64,000 nt of DNA from Paratractidigestivibacter sp. (GTDB lineage: Bacteria; Spirochaetota; Spirochaetia; Treponematales; Treponemataceae), in contig CAVIQW010000002.1 of the NCBI GenBank assembly GCA_963644915.1, positions 44,724 to 108,723 on the forward strand. Direction: 5' to 3'. This document shows positions 38,791 to 46,992 of the stretch, one piece after another (within the stretch, counting starts at the first letter, position 1; each line of letters starts with the position of its first letter). The notes beneath the pieces are model-generated. The model saw only the letters and a list, made by a program, of their open reading frames with translations. It ran no database searches and was not told where the DNA came from. The position numbers were made by a program, and so were the translations under genes.

Positions 38791-38820
38791 AAAACCTGTC
38801 TTTAGATGACAGGTTTTTTT
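38791..38820 (+). terminator. Rho-independent terminator after the tRNA cluster
   Basis: Stem AAAACCTGTC / GACAGGTTTT, loop TTTAGAT, then a T-run. Confidence 0.85.
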
Positions 38821-38862
38821 ATTGATTTTTTGAAATTGTTATTGTAAGATTTTGTAACATTT

Positions 38863-38987
38863 GAACCCTTTGATGAGTCCAGATGCCTTTCAAAGTAACT
38901 TTCAAAACTCCGCCAGGACGGGAACGTAGCAACGGTATGAACTGTTTTACTTGTGCTTAGGATTATCTGGACTCTTCAAAGGGTTTG
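38863..38987 (+). ncRNA. ffs: Signal recognition particle RNA (small 4.5S type); ends approximate
   Basis: Long imperfect hairpin. ~21-nt arms AACCCTTTGATGAGTCCAGAT / ATCTGGACTCTTCAAAGGGTT close it. The apex CCAGG-ACG-GGAA-CGU-AGCA-ACGG reproduces the domain IV architecture (AGG / GGAA tetraloop / AGCA symmetric loop). A T-rich tail follows. Confidence 0.8.
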
Positions 38988-38990
38988 TTT

Positions 38991-40502
38991 TTATTTTTCA
39001 AAAACTTTTTTTCCATTGATAAAAACTGTTTTTACTGTTCCGTACAAAGTTTTTCCTTCAAAAGGTGTTGCTTTTCCTTTGCTGAAGAAATTCTTTGAGT
39101 CAACAGTCCAAGGTTCATCAGGGTTTACAACTGAAAAATCTGCATCGAACCCGATTCTTAGCAAACCTTTTTTTTGTTTTAAAAGTCTTGCCGGATTTGC
39201 AGACATAAGTTGAGAAAGTCTCTTTGCAGAAATTTGACCTTCTTTTACAAGCACAGAGTTGCAGACAGCGTAACTGGTTTCAAGTCCAGTGAATCCTGGG
39301 GCACCGTCGGCTTTGTCTTCTAGCGTATGTGGTGCGTGGTCTGTGGCTATGCAGTCAACAGTTCCGTTTCGGATTGCGTCAATCAGCATAATTCTGTCGT
39401 CTTCTGAACGGAGCGGAGGATTTACCAATGCACGTATGTTAGGTTCGTCTGTTCCACAAAGTGCGATGTGGTGTGGAGTTACTTCGCAGCTTACAGAAAA
39501 TCCGTTTTCAATAGGTTCTATAGGCATAAACTGTATTCCTTCTGTGGAGCAGTTGTATGCTGAATCTGCCATGTCCGCGTAAAAGTCTGCGGCTTCGTCG
39601 GCAAGTTTCTGTTTTGTGCGGCGTACAGCCTCTATTGAATTTGCGGTGCTTACGTGGCACAAATGTATGTGGCAGCCGGCTTGTTCAGCAATGCTTATGT
39701 TTCTTTCGGTTGCGACATCTTCTGCCAATGAAAGTAGCTCGTTTGCGTCTGAAAGGTAATCATCGATTTCTTCAAAAACTGAAGAAGGGACATTTTCCAC
39801 GTTTTTTAGGCTTCCCCAGCTTGGAAGGTTATATTCTTTCATTACTTCTAGGGCGTGTTTTCTTAATGGGCGTGCGGCGGCCGCAAGTTCTGGGTCTTCG
39901 CAGTGGCAGGCAACAATCATTCCTTTGCTGGCGGCGATTTTCATTCCTTCAAGCATTACTGCGCTGGATGCGACTTCTTTTCCGTCCTCGGAGATTACTG
40001 GAACTTCATCGCGGTTCAGGCCAAGAAGGTGGGAAACGTCTTTTCCTTCAAAATCTTTTGTGATTGAGCAGACTTGAAACATATTTGCGGTGTGCAAAGA
40101 CGCTGCGCGTTTCCGGATTTCTCTTGCTTGCTCGCCAGTTGAGGTGATTGGCTTTGTGTTCGGCATTGCAACAACTGTTCCGTATCCGCCTGCGATTGCC
40201 GCTTTTAGTCCGCTTTCTAGATTTTCTTTTTGGATGAACCCTGGGTCGCGCAGATGAACGTGCATATCTATAAAACTTGGCGTTACAGTAAGTCCATTTG
40301 CGTCAAAAAGTTCAATTTCCGAGTTATCTTTGTAACCATCTTCTTTTAGAATTGATTTTGCAAGTTCAGAAACAGACTGAGGTGTTGTGAAGTATCCCTG
40401 ATAAATGGCACGAATTTTTCCTTTTATTGAAAGGATTGCTCCTGGAGAATCAGTTGCTTCGTCAAGAAGACGTGCGTTATAAATAAGAAGAGATTCTGAC
40501 AT
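38991..40502 (-). CDS. pyrC: Dihydroorotase (with two internal insertions relative to typical ~430-aa enzymes)
   Basis: 503 aa. Metal-binding DMHVHLRDPG, plus HCED, HLCHVST and the TDHAPH motif. Last gene of pyrB-pyrI-pyrC. Confidence 0.9.
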   Translation of the reverse strand: MSESLLIYNARLLDEATDSPGAILSIKGKIRAIYQGYFTTPQSVSELAKSILKEDGYKDNSEIELFDANGLTVTPSFIDMHVHLRDPGFIQKENLESGLKAAIAGGYGTVVAMPNTKPITSTGEQAREIRKRAASLHTANMFQVCSITKDFEGKDVSHLLGLNRDEVPVISEDGKEVASSAVMLEGMKIAASKGMIVACHCEDPELAAAARPLRKHALEVMKEYNLPSWGSLKNVENVPSSVFEEIDDYLSDANELLSLAEDVATERNISIAEQAGCHIHLCHVSTANSIEAVRRTKQKLADEAADFYADMADSAYNCSTEGIQFMPIEPIENGFSVSCEVTPHHIALCGTDEPNIRALVNPPLRSEDDRIMLIDAIRNGTVDCIATDHAPHTLEDKADGAPGFTGLETSYAVCNSVLVKEGQISAKRLSQLMSANPARLLKQKKGLLRIGFDADFSVVNPDEPWTVDSKNFFSKGKATPFEGKTLYGTVKTVFINGKKVFEK

Positions 40503-40954
40503 TAGGCTTTCTCCACAACAGTTCCGTCTTCGCCTGCTTTGTACATTGTGTCGCAGTATTCGCAGCAGTAAAGTCCTTTTGACTTGTCAACAAGCAGAAA
40601 AGTTGGTTTTACATAATTTTCTGTTACTGTTATGCAGCGTGGATTTTTGCATTTGAACACGTTTTTGATTCTTGAAGGAAGTTCCATCTTTATTTTACGT
40701 ACGATTTTTTCGTTTTGGATTACGTTTACGCTGATGTTTGGGTCTATAAATCCAAGGACTGAAAAATCTATGTCCATTACGTTTTCGATTTTGATTATGT
40801 CCTTTTTTCCTGTTTTTTTGGAAGGGGCGTTCATTATGAGGGCAGAGCAGAACGGAGATTTGTCTAGACCGAGCCACTGGAAAATTCTCCAGCCAGAACC
40901 AGCACGGATGTGGTCAATGACAAGTCCGTTTTTTATAGAATCGATGTTTAACAT
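40502..40954 (-). CDS. pyrI: Aspartate carbamoyltransferase regulatory subunit
   Basis: 150 aa. N-terminal allosteric domain ([10 protein letters not shown]) and a C-terminal Zn domain (CKNPRC...CCEYC). Overlaps the pyrC start by 1 nt. Confidence 0.9.
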   Translation of the reverse strand: MLNIDSIKNGLVIDHIRAGSGWRIFQWLGLDKSPFCSALIMNAPSKKTGKKDIIKIENVMDIDFSVLGFIDPNISVNVIQNEKIVRKIKMELPSRIKNVFKCKNPRCITVTENYVKPTFLLVDKSKGLYCCEYCDTMYKAGEDGTVVEKA

Positions 40955-40974
40955 ATTACATTATCCTTAGTGAA

Positions 40975-41895
40975 TTAAAGTGCACCTGTTAATTTTGAAA
41001 TAAGAGCCATTCTTGCATACATTCCGAATTTTACCTGCTTGAAGTAGGCGGCGCGCGGGTCATCGTCGATTTCTGGGGAAATTTCGTTTACGCGCGGAAG
41101 CGGATGCAGCACGAACATTCGGTCTTTTGCAAGTTTCATCTTTTCTTTGTCAAGGATGTAGCTGTCCTTTAGCCTAAGATAATCCTGCTCGTTGAAGAAC
41201 CGCTCTTTTTGAACTCGTGTCATATAAAGGATGTCAAGGTCGCCGATTACATCTTCTAGGCGTTCTGCAACAGTGTAGGAAATGCCTTTTTCGTTAAGTT
41301 GTTCAATCATATACTCTGGCATGCAGAGTTCTTTTGGGCTTATGAAGACAAACTTGTTTCCTTTGTATCGGCTGAGTGCCTGCGAAAGGCTGTGGACTGT
41401 CCTTCCGAATTTAAGGTCGCCGCAGAAACCGACTGTAAGTCCTTGGTAGTCGCCAAGAAGTCTTCTGATTGTAAGTAAATCCGTTAATGTCTGGGTCGGA
41501 TGGCTGTGGCCGCCATCGCCAGCGTTTATGATAGGAACTGGGGAATACTTACTGGCAAGCAGAGCCGCTCCTTCTTTTGGAGTTCGCATCGCAATCACAT
41601 CTACGTAAGAGGAAACAACGCGGATTGTGTCTGCAAGGGTTTCTCCTTTTGTGGATGATGTATAGGAAGCGTCCGCAAAACCTTCTACGGTTCCGCCAAG
41701 ATGAAGCATTGCCGCTTCAAAAGAAAGCCGAGTCCTTGTGCTTGGCTCAAAAAAAAGTGTCGCAAGAATTTTCCCGCGACACACATCTTGAAAAGAAATA
41801 GGATCTACTATCATCTGTTCTGCAAGTGAAATAATTTCATCGATTTCAGATACAGACAAATCACCAGGTTCAATTAAATGACGCCCTTTTAACAT
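40975..41895 (-). CDS. pyrB: Aspartate carbamoyltransferase catalytic subunit
   Basis: 306 aa. [17 protein letters not shown] and HPLPR motifs. Confidence 0.95.
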   Translation of the reverse strand: MLKGRHLIEPGDLSVSEIDEIISLAEQMIVDPISFQDVCRGKILATLFFEPSTRTRLSFEAAMLHLGGTVEGFADASYTSSTKGETLADTIRVVSSYVDVIAMRTPKEGAALLASKYSPVPIINAGDGGHSHPTQTLTDLLTIRRLLGDYQGLTVGFCGDLKFGRTVHSLSQALSRYKGNKFVFISPKELCMPEYMIEQLNEKGISYTVAERLEDVIGDLDILYMTRVQKERFFNEQDYLRLKDSYILDKEKMKLAKDRMFVLHPLPRVNEISPEIDDDPRAAYFKQVKFGMYARMALISKLTGAL

Positions 41896-41923
41896 ACTAA
41901 GAACTCCACTAAAAATTTTTTAG

Positions 41924-41952
41924 ATTATATCGTATGGAGTGGAATTGTGCAA
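41924..41952 (-). promoter_or_regulatory. Sigma70-type promoter candidate for pyrBIC
   Basis: On the minus strand: TTGCAC (41952-41947), 17-nt spacer, TATAAT (41929-41924), about 28 nt upstream of the pyrB ATG. Confidence 0.45.
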
Positions 41953-42144
41953 ATAAAAGTAAAACGCTATTTTCGGTTGTTTTGGAAAGAGTCTTGCGCA
42001 GGATTGTAAAGGGCGCGTAGCGCGTGTGCAAAACTTGGCTGAAAGTCTGGTTTTGCATACCGACCGTGAGGGTAGCCTTGAAAAGCCTGTTTACTGAAGA
42101 ATTTTTCGCCCAAAAGAAAAAAGAGAATTTTTTTATTTTTTTTC

Positions 42145-42170
42145 TAAAGTAGGTTTGTCATTCTCCGATA
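42145..42170 (+). promoter_or_regulatory. Sigma28 (FliA)-type promoter candidate for flaB
   Basis: TAAA (42145-42148), 16 nt, CCGATA (42165-42170). Consensus is TAAA-N15-GCCGATAA. Confidence 0.6.
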
Positions 42171-42200
42171 GTAAAGTAAAGGGTGGTGAGACCCTTGTAA

Positions 42201-42224
42201 TAAGTTTTGGAAACTTACCAAGGA
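42201..42224 (+). promoter_or_regulatory. Candidate CsrA binding sites in the flaB leader
   Basis: The hairpin TAAGTT-TTGGA-AACTTA presents GGA in its loop (42209-42211). A second GGA lies inside the SD AAGGAG (42222-42224). Confidence 0.35.
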
Positions 42225-42232
42225 GATAAACT

Positions 42233-43093
42233 ATGGTTATTAATCACAATATGAGCGCTATGTTCGCTCAGAGATCTCAGGGAATTCAGGATTTGGCTCA
42301 GCAGAAGAGCATGGAAAAACTTTCTTCTGGTATGAAAATCAACCGTGCTGGCGATGACGCTTCTGGACTTGCTGTTTCAGAAAAAATGCGTTCACAGATT
42401 AGAGGTTTGAAACAGGCTTCTACAAATGCTCAGAATGGTATTTCTTTTATCCAGACAACAGAAGGTTATTTGCAGGAAACTACTGACATTGTTCAGAGAA
42501 TCCGCGAACTTGCTGTTCAGTCTTCAAACGGTATTTATTCTGCTGAAGACCGCATGCAGATTCAGGTTGAAGTTTCTTCTTTGATTGCTGAAGTTGACCG
42601 CGTTGCTTCTGCTGCTCAGTTCAACGGTATGAATATGTTGACTGGTCGTTTTGCTCGCCCAACTGGTGAAAATGTTGTAACTGGTTCTATGTGGCTTCAT
42701 ATTGGTGCAAATATGGATCAGAGAACTCAGGTTTACATTGGAACAATGTCTTCTATGGCTCTTGGTCTTCGCAATGTTGGTGATGAAACAATTATGTCTT
42801 TGGAAAGTCCAGATGAAGCAAACCGCGCTATCGGAACTTTGGATGAAGCTTTGAAGAAGATTAACAAGCAGCGTGCTGACCTTGGTGCTTACCAGAACCG
42901 TCTTGATATGACTGTAAAGGGATTGAACATCGGTGCAGAAAACCTTCAGGCTTCTGAATCAAGAATCCGTGATACAGACATGGCTAACGAAATGGTTGAA
43001 TTCACAAAAGACCAGGTTCTTTCACAGGCAGGAACAGCAATGTTGGCTCAGGCAAACCAGAGCTCTCAGAATGTGCTTTCACTCTTGCGCTAG
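42233..43093 (+). CDS. flaB: Periplasmic flagellar filament core protein FlaB (flagellin)
   Basis: 286 aa. N-terminus [17 protein letters not shown] and C-terminus [14 protein letters not shown] are typical of spirochete FlaB. Confidence 0.95.
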   Translation: MVINHNMSAMFAQRSQGIQDLAQQKSMEKLSSGMKINRAGDDASGLAVSEKMRSQIRGLKQASTNAQNGISFIQTTEGYLQETTDIVQRIRELAVQSSNGIYSAEDRMQIQVEVSSLIAEVDRVASAAQFNGMNMLTGRFARPTGENVVTGSMWLHIGANMDQRTQVYIGTMSSMALGLRNVGDETIMSLESPDEANRAIGTLDEALKKINKQRADLGAYQNRLDMTVKGLNIGAENLQASESRIRDTDMANEMVEFTKDQVLSQAGTAMLAQANQSSQNVLSLLR

Positions 43094-43117
43094 AAATAAA
43101 GTTTCGTGAGAAGATAG

Positions 43118-43148
43118 AAAAATGCGTCCGGAAGGGCGCATTTTTTTT
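43118..43148 (+). terminator. Rho-independent terminator of flaB
   Basis: Stem ATGCGTCC / GGGCGCAT, loop GGAA, then T8. Confidence 0.85.
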
Positions 43149-43151
43149 GAG

Positions 43152-43488
43152 TAAATCTGATTTGCCTGAGCCTGTGAGAAAGGAATTGAAGCAAGTTTTT
43201 GCTTGCCAAAAACTTGGAAGCGGGCTGGAGGGACTAGTGGGCGAAGAAATTGCTAGCCCGCGAGCAAACCAGTCAAGTCAGAATGTGCTCAGTTTGTTGA
43301 GATAGTTCTAGTTTTTTACTTGAATAGTAAAAGCGTCCGGATGGACGCTTTTTTTATGAATAAATCTGATTTGCCTGAGCCTGTGAGGAAGGGATTGAAG
43401 CAAGTTTTTGCCTAGCAAAAACTTGGAAGCGGGCTGGAGGGACTAGCGGGCGAAGGGATTTCTAGCCCGCGTACGAATCAGTCAAGCC
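43152..43488 (+). repeat. Tandem direct repeat, period ~210 bp (units 43152-43280 and 43361-43488, ~90% identical by eye)
   Basis: Both units start TAAATCTGATTTGCCTGAGCCTGTGAG. Both contain the hairpins CAAGTTTTTG..CAAAAACTTG and GCGGGCT..AGCCCGC. Each is preceded by a GCGTCCGGAnGGnCGC terminator (43118-43148 and 43328-43355). Confidence 0.9.
43264..43305 (+). pseudogene. 3'-terminal remnant (13 codons plus stop) of a second flaB-type flagellin gene
   Basis: gca aac cag tca agt cag aat gtg ctc agt ttg ttg aga tag translates to [13 protein letters not shown]. This is identical in protein to the flaB C-terminus, but 6 of 13 codons differ synonymously. A shorter remnant (TNQSS) lies at 43473-43487. 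Confidence 0.7.
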
Positions 43489-43492
43489 ATTT

Positions 43493-44209
43493 CTATTTGT
43501 TTTTGTTTATGATTCTTGTTTCGTGTTCTCCGGTTTCTATGTCGATGTAGCGTACGAAAAGAGAAACTTTATTCTGTTCGTTCAGCCATGACCAAAGGTT
43601 GTTTGTGAAAGTGTCGATGTCGCCTTCTATTTCTATTGGAGTAGGTTCGCCTTCGTAACTTGGGAGCGGATTTCCGTCGCCCATGTATGTGTGGATGTAG
43701 TGACCTTTGCCTGGCTGAGGATTATCGTATGTGAACGTAAAACGCAGGCAGTTGTCAGCGTTTCCGTTGTCGCTTTTGAGTATTGAGATTGCGTAGTTGT
43801 ATTTTCCGCCTTCAATATCTAGAACGCTTGAAATTCTTGGAGTAAAGTTCGGGGCATCGTGTTCGTATTTGCGGCTTCTGAGCGATTCTTCGAAAGTTTT
43901 TCCTTCTTTTAGTCCGTCAAAAATTGTGTCTGTCTGGTCGCCGTTTGTAACGATTGTTTTTGAGTCAAGAACGCGAACTGCACGGTAAATGATTAAAGTC
44001 GGGTCTCCTGCAATAAGGCTCGGGTCAAAAGCCTGGGTTCTGATTCCTTCTTCGTCAGTTACAAAAACTCTGTTACGGCTGCCTGCACTGCGTCCCATTG
44101 TCCAGTATGCGCTAACGGCGGTTTTTCCGTCTTTTGAAAGACCTGCGATAATTCCTCGTCCTGGATATGAGTTTTCTGTTAATTCTTGTTTTAACGATGC
44201 GATTTTCAT
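43493..44209 (-). CDS. purO: IMP cyclohydrolase, archaeal PurO-like family
   Basis: 238 aa. Blocks YPGRGIIAG..DGKTAVSAYWTMGRSAGSRNR, VTNGDQTDTI and YEHDAPNFTPRIS align by eye with the PurO family (YLGRILAVG..., SNGSHTDTI, YEKDELNTPRI). Confidence 0.65.
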   Translation of the reverse strand: MKIASLKQELTENSYPGRGIIAGLSKDGKTAVSAYWTMGRSAGSRNRVFVTDEEGIRTQAFDPSLIAGDPTLIIYRAVRVLDSKTIVTNGDQTDTIFDGLKEGKTFEESLRSRKYEHDAPNFTPRISSVLDIEGGKYNYAISILKSDNGNADNCLRFTFTYDNPQPGKGHYIHTYMGDGNPLPSYEGEPTPIEIEGDIDTFTNNLWSWLNEQNKVSLFVRYIDIETGEHETRIINKNK

Positions 44210-44266
44210 TTTAATTCCTTTTTAACTGGATTTTTTAGAAATTATAATGAAAATGCGCTGTTGATT

Positions 44267-44581
44267 CTACGCGTTTTTTATAAGTTCAAGAATTGCATCT
44301 TTTGGAACCGCGCCTACATTTTTTGCCTTTTGTTCGCCATTCTTGAAAACAATCAGCGTTGGAATACTCATAATTCCGAAATTTTTTGCAAGAGTTTCTT
44401 CCTCATCAACATTTACTTTGCAGAATTTGAATTCGTTGTGTTCTTCTGCAAGCTCGTCAACCAAAGGTGAAAGCATTCTGCACGGACCGCACCAGGATGC
44501 CCAAAAATCAATTAGAACTGGCTTTTCGCTTTTTAGGACTTCTTCCTCAAAATTTTTTTCTGTTAAGGTTGTGAGGTTCAT
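44267..44581 (-). CDS. trxA: Thioredoxin
   Basis: 104 aa. [10 protein letters not shown] active site. Confidence 0.95.
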   Translation of the reverse strand: MNLTTLTEKNFEEEVLKSEKPVLIDFWASWCGPCRMLSPLVDELAEEHNEFKFCKVNVDEEETLAKNFGIMSIPTLIVFKNGEQKAKNVGAVPKDAILELIKNA

Positions 44582-44613
44582 AGTTTCCTCTCTTATGTTT
44601 TTTAATATGAATT

Positions 44614-44796
44614 TTTGAGTTTTAATTAATTTGAAAGAACGCTCACGGAGAATTTACAATTTGCTCCAGATGGTTGAGCTCGTGCTGCGCTTGTATTAGT
44701 TCGGGTGCTTCGCACTTTAATCGGTTCAATCGCTCAAAATCTTCACAAATTGTAAATTCTCCTGCGCTTTTGTTCATTGTTTAAATTAAACTCAAA
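44614..44796. repeat. Structured palindromic element, copy A (candidate ncRNA or MITE-like element)
   Basis: The ~135-nt core (44633-44770) is ~85% identical to 54010-54150. Helices: TTTGAGTTTTAATT / AATTAAACTCAAA; GAGAATTTACAATTTG / CAAATTGTAAATTCTC; TTGAGC (44674-44679) / GCTCAA (44732-44737). Confidence 0.75.
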
Positions 44797-44917
44797 ATCA
44801 ATCTTATTCAAATATAAGATGGAATTTCTAAAATACAAATGAATTTTTTTTGATATTAGGACTTATTACTATTTACAAAATAAAAATTCTGCTTATAATA
44901 CTAATCATCAGGGGCGG

Positions 44918-45322
44918 ATGAAAGGAAAATCTATGCAGAGCAGAAATACAAACCAACGAAAATTGATTCTAGAGCTTATGACAGAAAATTATTCACATCC
45001 GACTGCTGACGAAATTTATGAGCTTGCAAGAAAGAAGGATTCGCACATAAGCCGAGGAACTGTGTACAGGAATCTGAATTTTCTTGCAGAAAAAGGGGAT
45101 ATTTTGAAAATAAGTGTTCCCGACAGTGCAGACCATTTTGATAGCACGATAAAGGAGCATTATCATTTTCATTGTTCAAAATGTGGAAGAATGTTTGATG
45201 TTCCAGAAACTGTTTCTGTTGAAATGGAGGAGGCTGCAAAAGAAATGAGTCTAAAAGGCTTTTTGGTGGAGGGGCATAACCTGATTTTTACAGGAATCTG
45301 TCCGTCTTGCAAAAAGGTCTAA
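44918..45322 (+). CDS. Fur-family transcriptional regulator (PerR-like)
   Basis: 134 aa. Winged-helix N-domain, HFHCSKCG and CPSCKK Zn site. Adjacent to rubrerythrin. An alternative start is at 44933. Confidence 0.85.
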   Translation: MKGKSMQSRNTNQRKLILELMTENYSHPTADEIYELARKKDSHISRGTVYRNLNFLAEKGDILKISVPDSADHFDSTIKEHYHFHCSKCGRMFDVPETVSVEMEEAAKEMSLKGFLVEGHNLIFTGICPSCKKV

Positions 45323-45381
45323 AATAATTTTTCAGAATTTGATTTTGAAAAAAAATGAATCTAAACGTAAGGAGAACGACG

Positions 45382-45915
45382 ATGGATTTGAAGGGAACAA
45401 AAACGGAGAAAAACTTGCAGGCGGCTTTTGCCGGAGAATCTCAGGCAAGAAATAAGTATACTTATTTTGCGAGTGTTGCAAAAAAAGAAGGATACGAGCA
45501 GATTGCCTCAATTTTTGAAGAAACTGCGAACAACGAAAAAGAACACGCGAAAATGTGGTTCAAACTTTTGGGTGGAATCGGAAATACAGCCGAAAACCTG
45601 AAATCGGCCGCAGACGGTGAAAACTATGAATGGACAGATATGTATGATGAATTTGCAAAAACTGCCCGGGAAGAAGGCTTTGAGCAGATTGCAAAAATGT
45701 TTGAGGGTGTAGGTAAGATTGAAAAACATCACGAGGAACGCTACCGAAAATTGCTTAAAAATGTTGAAGACAAACTTGTTTTCAGCAGCGAAGGTGATGC
45801 AATCTGGATTTGCAGAAACTGTGGTCACGTTTGCGTTGGAAAAGAAGCCCCAAAAGTTTGTCCGGTTTGTGCGCATCCGCAAAGCTACTTTGAAAAACTT
45901 AGTGAAAATTTCTAA
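45382..45915 (+). CDS. Rubrerythrin
   Basis: [26 protein letters not shown] begins the ferritin-like diiron domain. The C-terminal rubredoxin motif is CRNCGH...CPVCAH. I prefer the ATG at 45382 after AAGGAG over the track start at 45355. Confidence 0.93.
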   Translation: MDLKGTKTEKNLQAAFAGESQARNKYTYFASVAKKEGYEQIASIFEETANNEKEHAKMWFKLLGGIGNTAENLKSAADGENYEWTDMYDEFAKTAREEGFEQIAKMFEGVGKIEKHHEERYRKLLKNVEDKLVFSSEGDAIWICRNCGHVCVGKEAPKVCPVCAHPQSYFEKLSENF

Positions 45916-45934
45916 TTAGAAAATTATCTTATGT

Positions 45935-45977
45935 AAAATCCTGTGCTTCTAAATTTTAGGGTACAGGATTTTTTTTT
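45935..45977 (+). terminator. Rho-independent terminator
   Basis: Stem AAATCCTGT / ACAGGATTT followed by a T-run. Confidence 0.8.
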
Positions 45978-46020
45978 CTCACTTTATTCATCAAAAAAAA
46001 TCTGTTAAACTTCTTTCATT

Positions 46021-46965
46021 ATGGAAAACAAAAATCAGACTGAAAATCAGATGGGACCGGAAAATTCGGGAATCGGGGAAAAAACTGCGCTTGTTGCAAT
46101 TCTTGGACGACCTTCGGCAGGAAAATCAACTTTTATAAATACGGCTTGTCAGGAACCTGTTTCGATTGTTTCGCCAGTTCCGCAGACAACCCGAAACGCA
46201 ATCCGCGGAATTGTGAATACTTCTCTTGGACAACTGGTTTTTGTTGATACGCCAGGCTATCATGACTCGGAAAAAAAACTTAATCTTAGGCTTAAATCAG
46301 TTACAGAAGAAACTTTGGAGGGGGCGGACTGTATTCTTTACGTTATTGATACAACGCGCGAGGCTGGAGAAGAAGAAAAAATGAATGCAACCCTTGCTTC
46401 AAAATACATTGAACATCTTGTTGTTGCACTTAATAAAATTGATGCAGGTGATTCAAAAATAAAAAAAACAAGGGAATTTGTAAAACTTTATTTGCCGGAA
46501 TTGCCAGAAGAGCGAATTCTTGAGATGTCTGCAAAAAATGATTCTGGGATAAACGAGGTTCTGCGTGCGCTTTACGATGTCGCGCCAGTTGCTCCTGCCC
46601 TTTACACCGAAGATGTGTATACAGACCAGGATATTGCCTTTAGAATCAGCGAAATTGTCCGGGGCGAGGCGATAAACCGGCTTCAGCAGGAGTTGCCACA
46701 TTGCCTTTACGTTGATATTGCCGATTTGGAAAAGCGTGGAAATAACGGAAAAATCTGGGTTAGGGCGTTTCTTTGTGTTGAACGAGATAGTCAAAAAGGA
46801 ATGGTGATTGGCAAGGGTGCAAGCATGATAAAGCAGATTCGTCTTGCGGCGATAAAAAAAATCCATGAAGTTTTTCCGTTCAAGGTTGATTTGGATTTGC
46901 AGGTTAAGGTTGATAAAAATTGGCGACAGCATGACAACACGATTACAAAGCTGATTCCAGAGTAA
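46021..46965 (+). CDS. era: GTPase Era
   Basis: 314 aa. G1 GRPSAGKST, G3 DTPG, G4 NKID, and a C-terminal KH domain. Confidence 0.92.
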   Translation: MENKNQTENQMGPENSGIGEKTALVAILGRPSAGKSTFINTACQEPVSIVSPVPQTTRNAIRGIVNTSLGQLVFVDTPGYHDSEKKLNLRLKSVTEETLEGADCILYVIDTTREAGEEEKMNATLASKYIEHLVVALNKIDAGDSKIKKTREFVKLYLPELPEERILEMSAKNDSGINEVLRALYDVAPVAPALYTEDVYTDQDIAFRISEIVRGEAINRLQQELPHCLYVDIADLEKRGNNGKIWVRAFLCVERDSQKGMVIGKGASMIKQIRLAAIKKIHEVFPFKVDLDLQVKVDKNWRQHDNTITKLIPE

Positions 46966-46992
46966 TTTTTTTGTGGAAATCGACTTGTATTT

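Noticed and set aside
38953-39213. 86-aa plus-strand ORF
   Set aside because: It starts inside the 3' arm of the SRP RNA and then runs antisense to the pyrC 3' end. It has no RBS.
42000-42100. Possible c-di-GMP (GEMM) riboswitch or fourth copy of the GC-rich repeat upstream of flaB (GAGGGTAGCC, GGGCGCGTAGCGCG, hairpin TGCAAAAC..GTTTTGCA)
   Set aside because: Only short motif fragments match. The GEMM-I conserved core is not present. The segment lies upstream of the predicted sigma28 promoter. The similarity to the repeat family is too weak to call by eye.
43147-43305. Possible 53-codon small ORF (TTG start) ending in the flagellin C-terminal peptide [13 protein letters not shown]
   Set aside because: It has no ATG and no RBS, and the putative start lies inside the T-run of the flaB terminator. 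The equivalent frame in the second repeat unit is broken by TAG. I interpret it as a pseudogene remnant. The residual possibility is noted in the finding.
44885-44905. Possible Per box (TTATAATACTAATCA) in front of the perR-like gene
   Set aside because: It matches the Bacillus Per box consensus at only about 10/15 positions and overlaps what is probably just the -10 region. This is not enough evidence without a motif scan.
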